NCBI GenBank assembly: GCA_021613535.1
Contig: CP075494.1
Coordinates: 16,368,001-16,432,000 of the forward strand
DNA: 64,000 nucleotides
DNA from: Adineta vaga
Lineage: Eukaryota > Animalia > Rotifera
Direction: 5' to 3'
The translations under genes were made by a program, and so were the position numbers. Shown here one piece after another: positions 60,746-64,000 of this stretch. The notes below the pieces were generated by a model that did not search any database, had not been told where the DNA came from, and saw only the letters and a program-made list of their open reading frames with translations. Numbering within the stretch: the first letter of the stretch is position 1; each line of letters starts with the position of its first letter.

Positions 60746-61732
60746 TGGCCTCGGACTTCTGCTGCCTATGTATTATTAACAGTGTAACTAAGGAATAGTT
60801 TGAAATATAGATCTTTCTTTTCCAGTTTATGTTGCTTATATCATATATACACAATACAAATTCTTGATCAATAACATAACAAGTAACGCTCGCCGCGCCG
60901 ACTCACTTTACCCACGACTGTGGAAGACAGGCATTTTCAGCGTGTACCAATAGTGAGACGAGCTATTCTACCAACTTTATAGATGAGGAAAACGATTCAA
61001 GCTTTTTTTCTCACCCACACTCACGCTATATCACGCACTTTCACACATTTACATCAACACCCACGCAGTTCCATCTATTTTCGCCCACACAAACACCGCA
61101 GATTCATGCCGGCACCTGCTATGGTTTCACTCAACTCTATACCGACACCCAAAATTTCACCCACAACACAGGTCTATACACCCACCATTGGTTTCACCCA
61201 ACACCCAGGTCTACATCCACCCTCAGATCTTACAGTCACCGTATCATCATTGTTTACGACCGTGCGTTATTGACCTGGGGAACCTCTAGTCCACTTTTTT
61301 CAGTAAAGGATTTATCCGAAACCATATTTGTGCGAAACCAAAACAAGGATCCGCCCGTTTATCGACGGAAAGAACCTCTTTCGCTTCCCTAAAATTCCTT
61401 TCTTTTACAGTGTACATCGTTGATTATTTTCATCTTAAATGGCATCTGTTACATAGGTCCCTTGACTGTAACCAATTAAATTAAGAATCGATAAGAACTA
61501 TGATTTTCTCTCCGTCTGATTCATAGAAATAACTGTGTTTATATACCCTCAAGACGTCCACCTGAACAAAAGTAAATTTACGAAGCACGAAGAGAGAACA
61601 AAGAGAATACTCTAGATCGAGATAGTCGTCCGTTCGCGCAAAACTATTTAGAGAATTCATATGATTCTCCTGAACGGAGTGAAAAAGAAATAAGAAGAAG
61701 AGAAGGAGAAGATAGGCCTGAACCTAGATATA

Positions 61733-62165
61733 CACTGACAAAAATGAGCGCAGATTAATAAACCCTTTCGCTTGATCTACCCAAAAAGGGTATTTCATAC
61801 GTTGCAGTCTGATAAACGTTTTAGGGTATATCAGCAGTTATATACCCTCAAAACGTTTATTAACTTTATGAACCCTATAAAAACTGATTTTTCATTCTAC
61901 GTTTTCCACTGATGGGTGTATTACTAAACCGGTTTTTATAGGGTTCATAAAGTTAATAAACGTTTTGAGGGTATATAACTGCTGATATACCCTAAAACGT
62001 TTATCAGACTGCAACGTATGAAATACCATTTTTGGGTAGATCTAGAGAAAGGGTATATCAAAAGGTTTATGATAGTGATGAACGGAAAAAACGTATATCA
62101 AAGGGTTCATCAGTTTGACAAATCCTTTTCGAAGGTTTATTAATCTGCACTCATTTTTATCAGTG
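61733..62165. mobile_element. Tc1/mariner-type MITE with an internal ~110-bp near-perfect palindrome
   Basis: TIR cactgacaaaaatgagcgcagattaataaacc / ggtttattaatctgcactcatttttatcagtg; TA TSD; inner arms ~61774-61884 and ~61931-62042. Confidence 0.85.
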
Positions 62166-62721
62166 TATGATAACACGAAAAGGTATGAGAAGATGGAAAT
62201 GAAAAGAATAAATGTTGAAGTGCTCTCTAACAGTATCATATCTTGTCAGTCACCAAATTTGAAAATTTTTCTGTCGCTGCACACGACTGATATCGTACAA
62301 CTCACTTTTCTTATCATTCATTTCACTCGTAAACTATTGCATGAAGGTAAAGTTAGCACCATATTCGAGAATTTTTTTGCCTAGATGCGCTTGTAAACTT
62401 GTGTTGGTCGACGAAAAGATTATGTTAGCTGAAGAATTGAATTCTCTATCGAATAATGTTATTTTCTAGGGAGATCATCTAGAGAAAAACACCGCACACC
62501 CACGCCCATATCCTCCAATTTTTACATTGATTCTTCCTTCGATTTAGCATCACACTACCTATTTTCTAAAGCATTTTGAATCTCTTTCGACAAGTTGATA
62601 ACTGGTCTATTCAAACGTTTCTTCTATTTAAAAGAAAAAGCAAGACGAGCAAATTTTCACTGTGTTATTCATCATTTCAATCAAAAACAAGTTCATTTCA
62701 CTCGATAAACAAAGTAATAAA

Positions 62722-64000
62722 ATGGCACAAAGAAAATGGTAGAGTTGTTTCACAATTTGATTACTCCAACATATATCGTTTTTACTTTTGTAGGGGAAGA
62801 AACTTTCAGAGTTCGGGAGGAAATATTCACTGTTCGTTCGAAAACGTGCTCACAAGAGACGCTGCTATGACTATTGGGAACAATATCCAAAGAATATTGG
62901 GTATTAGGTATTTCAATACTGAAGAAATGGCTTCAGAAGTACCATCACCATATAAGTTCAATTGCAGCCGTCGGGATGCAAACAGAATGCGCGATGAACT
63001 TTGGAAAATTACTACAGATATATATGCATTTGTTTGGTTTTCAATACAGGACAATTCATTGGATTCTATTTATGATTCAGCTTCACAACGAGTCGAAAAT
63101 TCGAATAAGGTCAAAGAGTATTCCATGTTCTGCTATTTTGGTTCCATGTACTCATACGACACTTTTGTTACTCATAGCGAACGTTACCCAACTGCGCAAG
63201 ATCTTTACATTATCAAGTTGAAAAAAGAACCTGACACGATACGTATTGTATCGAGAAATAAATCCAAACAAATGTTTATTCCAATAAAATGGTTAAAAAA
63301 TGAAATATTGGTCAAAACAAAAAAACAACCATGTGTCGTTTTAATGCTAAAACATTCTGTGATAATAAAAAGAGCAATTTCAACTAGCGGGCCATATTCC
63401 TATGAAAGGTAATATATCAAGATTTTTCAATAGATGAAGAGAGAATCGATGAGAAAATAGTCAAATAAGCATAGAAAGTTATCTAAAAGCAACAGTAAGT
63501 GATAAAGAAAAATAGACATGCGCTAAACCCAAACTATTTGGGAGTTTCAGTTTGGATTATTCATTGACATCAAAATTATGTGAGATTAAAATCCTTTCCA
63601 CTTTTTTAGTTTTATGTGAGTGCAAAGTATGATTTCCATTCGAGCATTGAAGTTTGAATCAGAGATCGGAGATTTTGGTATCTGAGTTACATGAAAATGT
63701 AAAACCAAAACGTATATAACCAAACTTAATACCAAATCTAAACGCAATCGTTTGGATTTAGTGCATACTTAAAGAGAAACTTTTAGATCACAGTAGAATT
63801 GATCTGGTTGAAACAAATTTACTTCAGAAAACTCTAGTGCGATATTTAAAGGTATTTCTTTTAGAAAAATTGACAATTCTATCTTGTAGAGTCTTCATTT
63901 TTAGTTTTTAGATTTCGAGTTAATAAGTACGATGGATTCGATAGTTCGTAGAAAAGACTCAAACGATCTTCTTTGCTCATCTTTTTATTTTGTTTTTCTA
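62722..64000 (+). CDS. 5' part of a multi-exon gene, possibly a eukaryotic RNA-dependent RNA polymerase N-terminus (exons 62722-62738, 62794-63408, 63912-63943; continues beyond the window)
   Basis: Splice phases are consistent; FGSMYSYDTFVTH resembles the N-terminal FGx..F..H segment of cellular RdRPs; no catalytic DxDGD inside the window, so the product call is weak. Confidence 0.4.

Noticed and set aside
60983-61273. C-rich Pro/Thr/His ORF with cacccac motifs
   Set aside because: Low-complexity repeat remnant without a paired G-arm or a protein motif.

Overview
AT-rich eukaryotic DNA with short GT-AG introns. The gene families (ART-TPR, NHL, PAN-Kelch, F-box/LRR, pentapeptide repeat, LamG, bacterial-like enzymes) and TGTGGG/TGAGGG repeats point to a bdelloid rotifer (inference). 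The window is a gene-dense accessory, defence-like region with about 15 apparently intact genes, several gene fragments and many MITE/transposon remnants. The main unexplained structure is a family of ~40-90 bp inverted telomere-like elements, consensus CCATCTTGAGGGTGTGGG(TGTGGG)n-variable spacer (often ~17 nt)-(CCCACA)nCCCTCAAGATGG. I count about 17 two-armed copies plus about 5 half copies, roughly one per 3 kb. They have no visible target-site duplications, divide the window into mostly one- or two-gene cassettes, and sit exactly at the breakpoints of at least four truncated genes. Other highlights are an F-box gene with a tandem array of one-LRR-per-exon modules, a stand-alone RNase III with both an N-myristoylation-like start and a CaaX box near an RdRP-like gene, and two secreted PAN-domain genes sharing their N-terminal exon layout but carrying different C-terminal modules. 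All coordinates were read by eye and may be off by a few bases.
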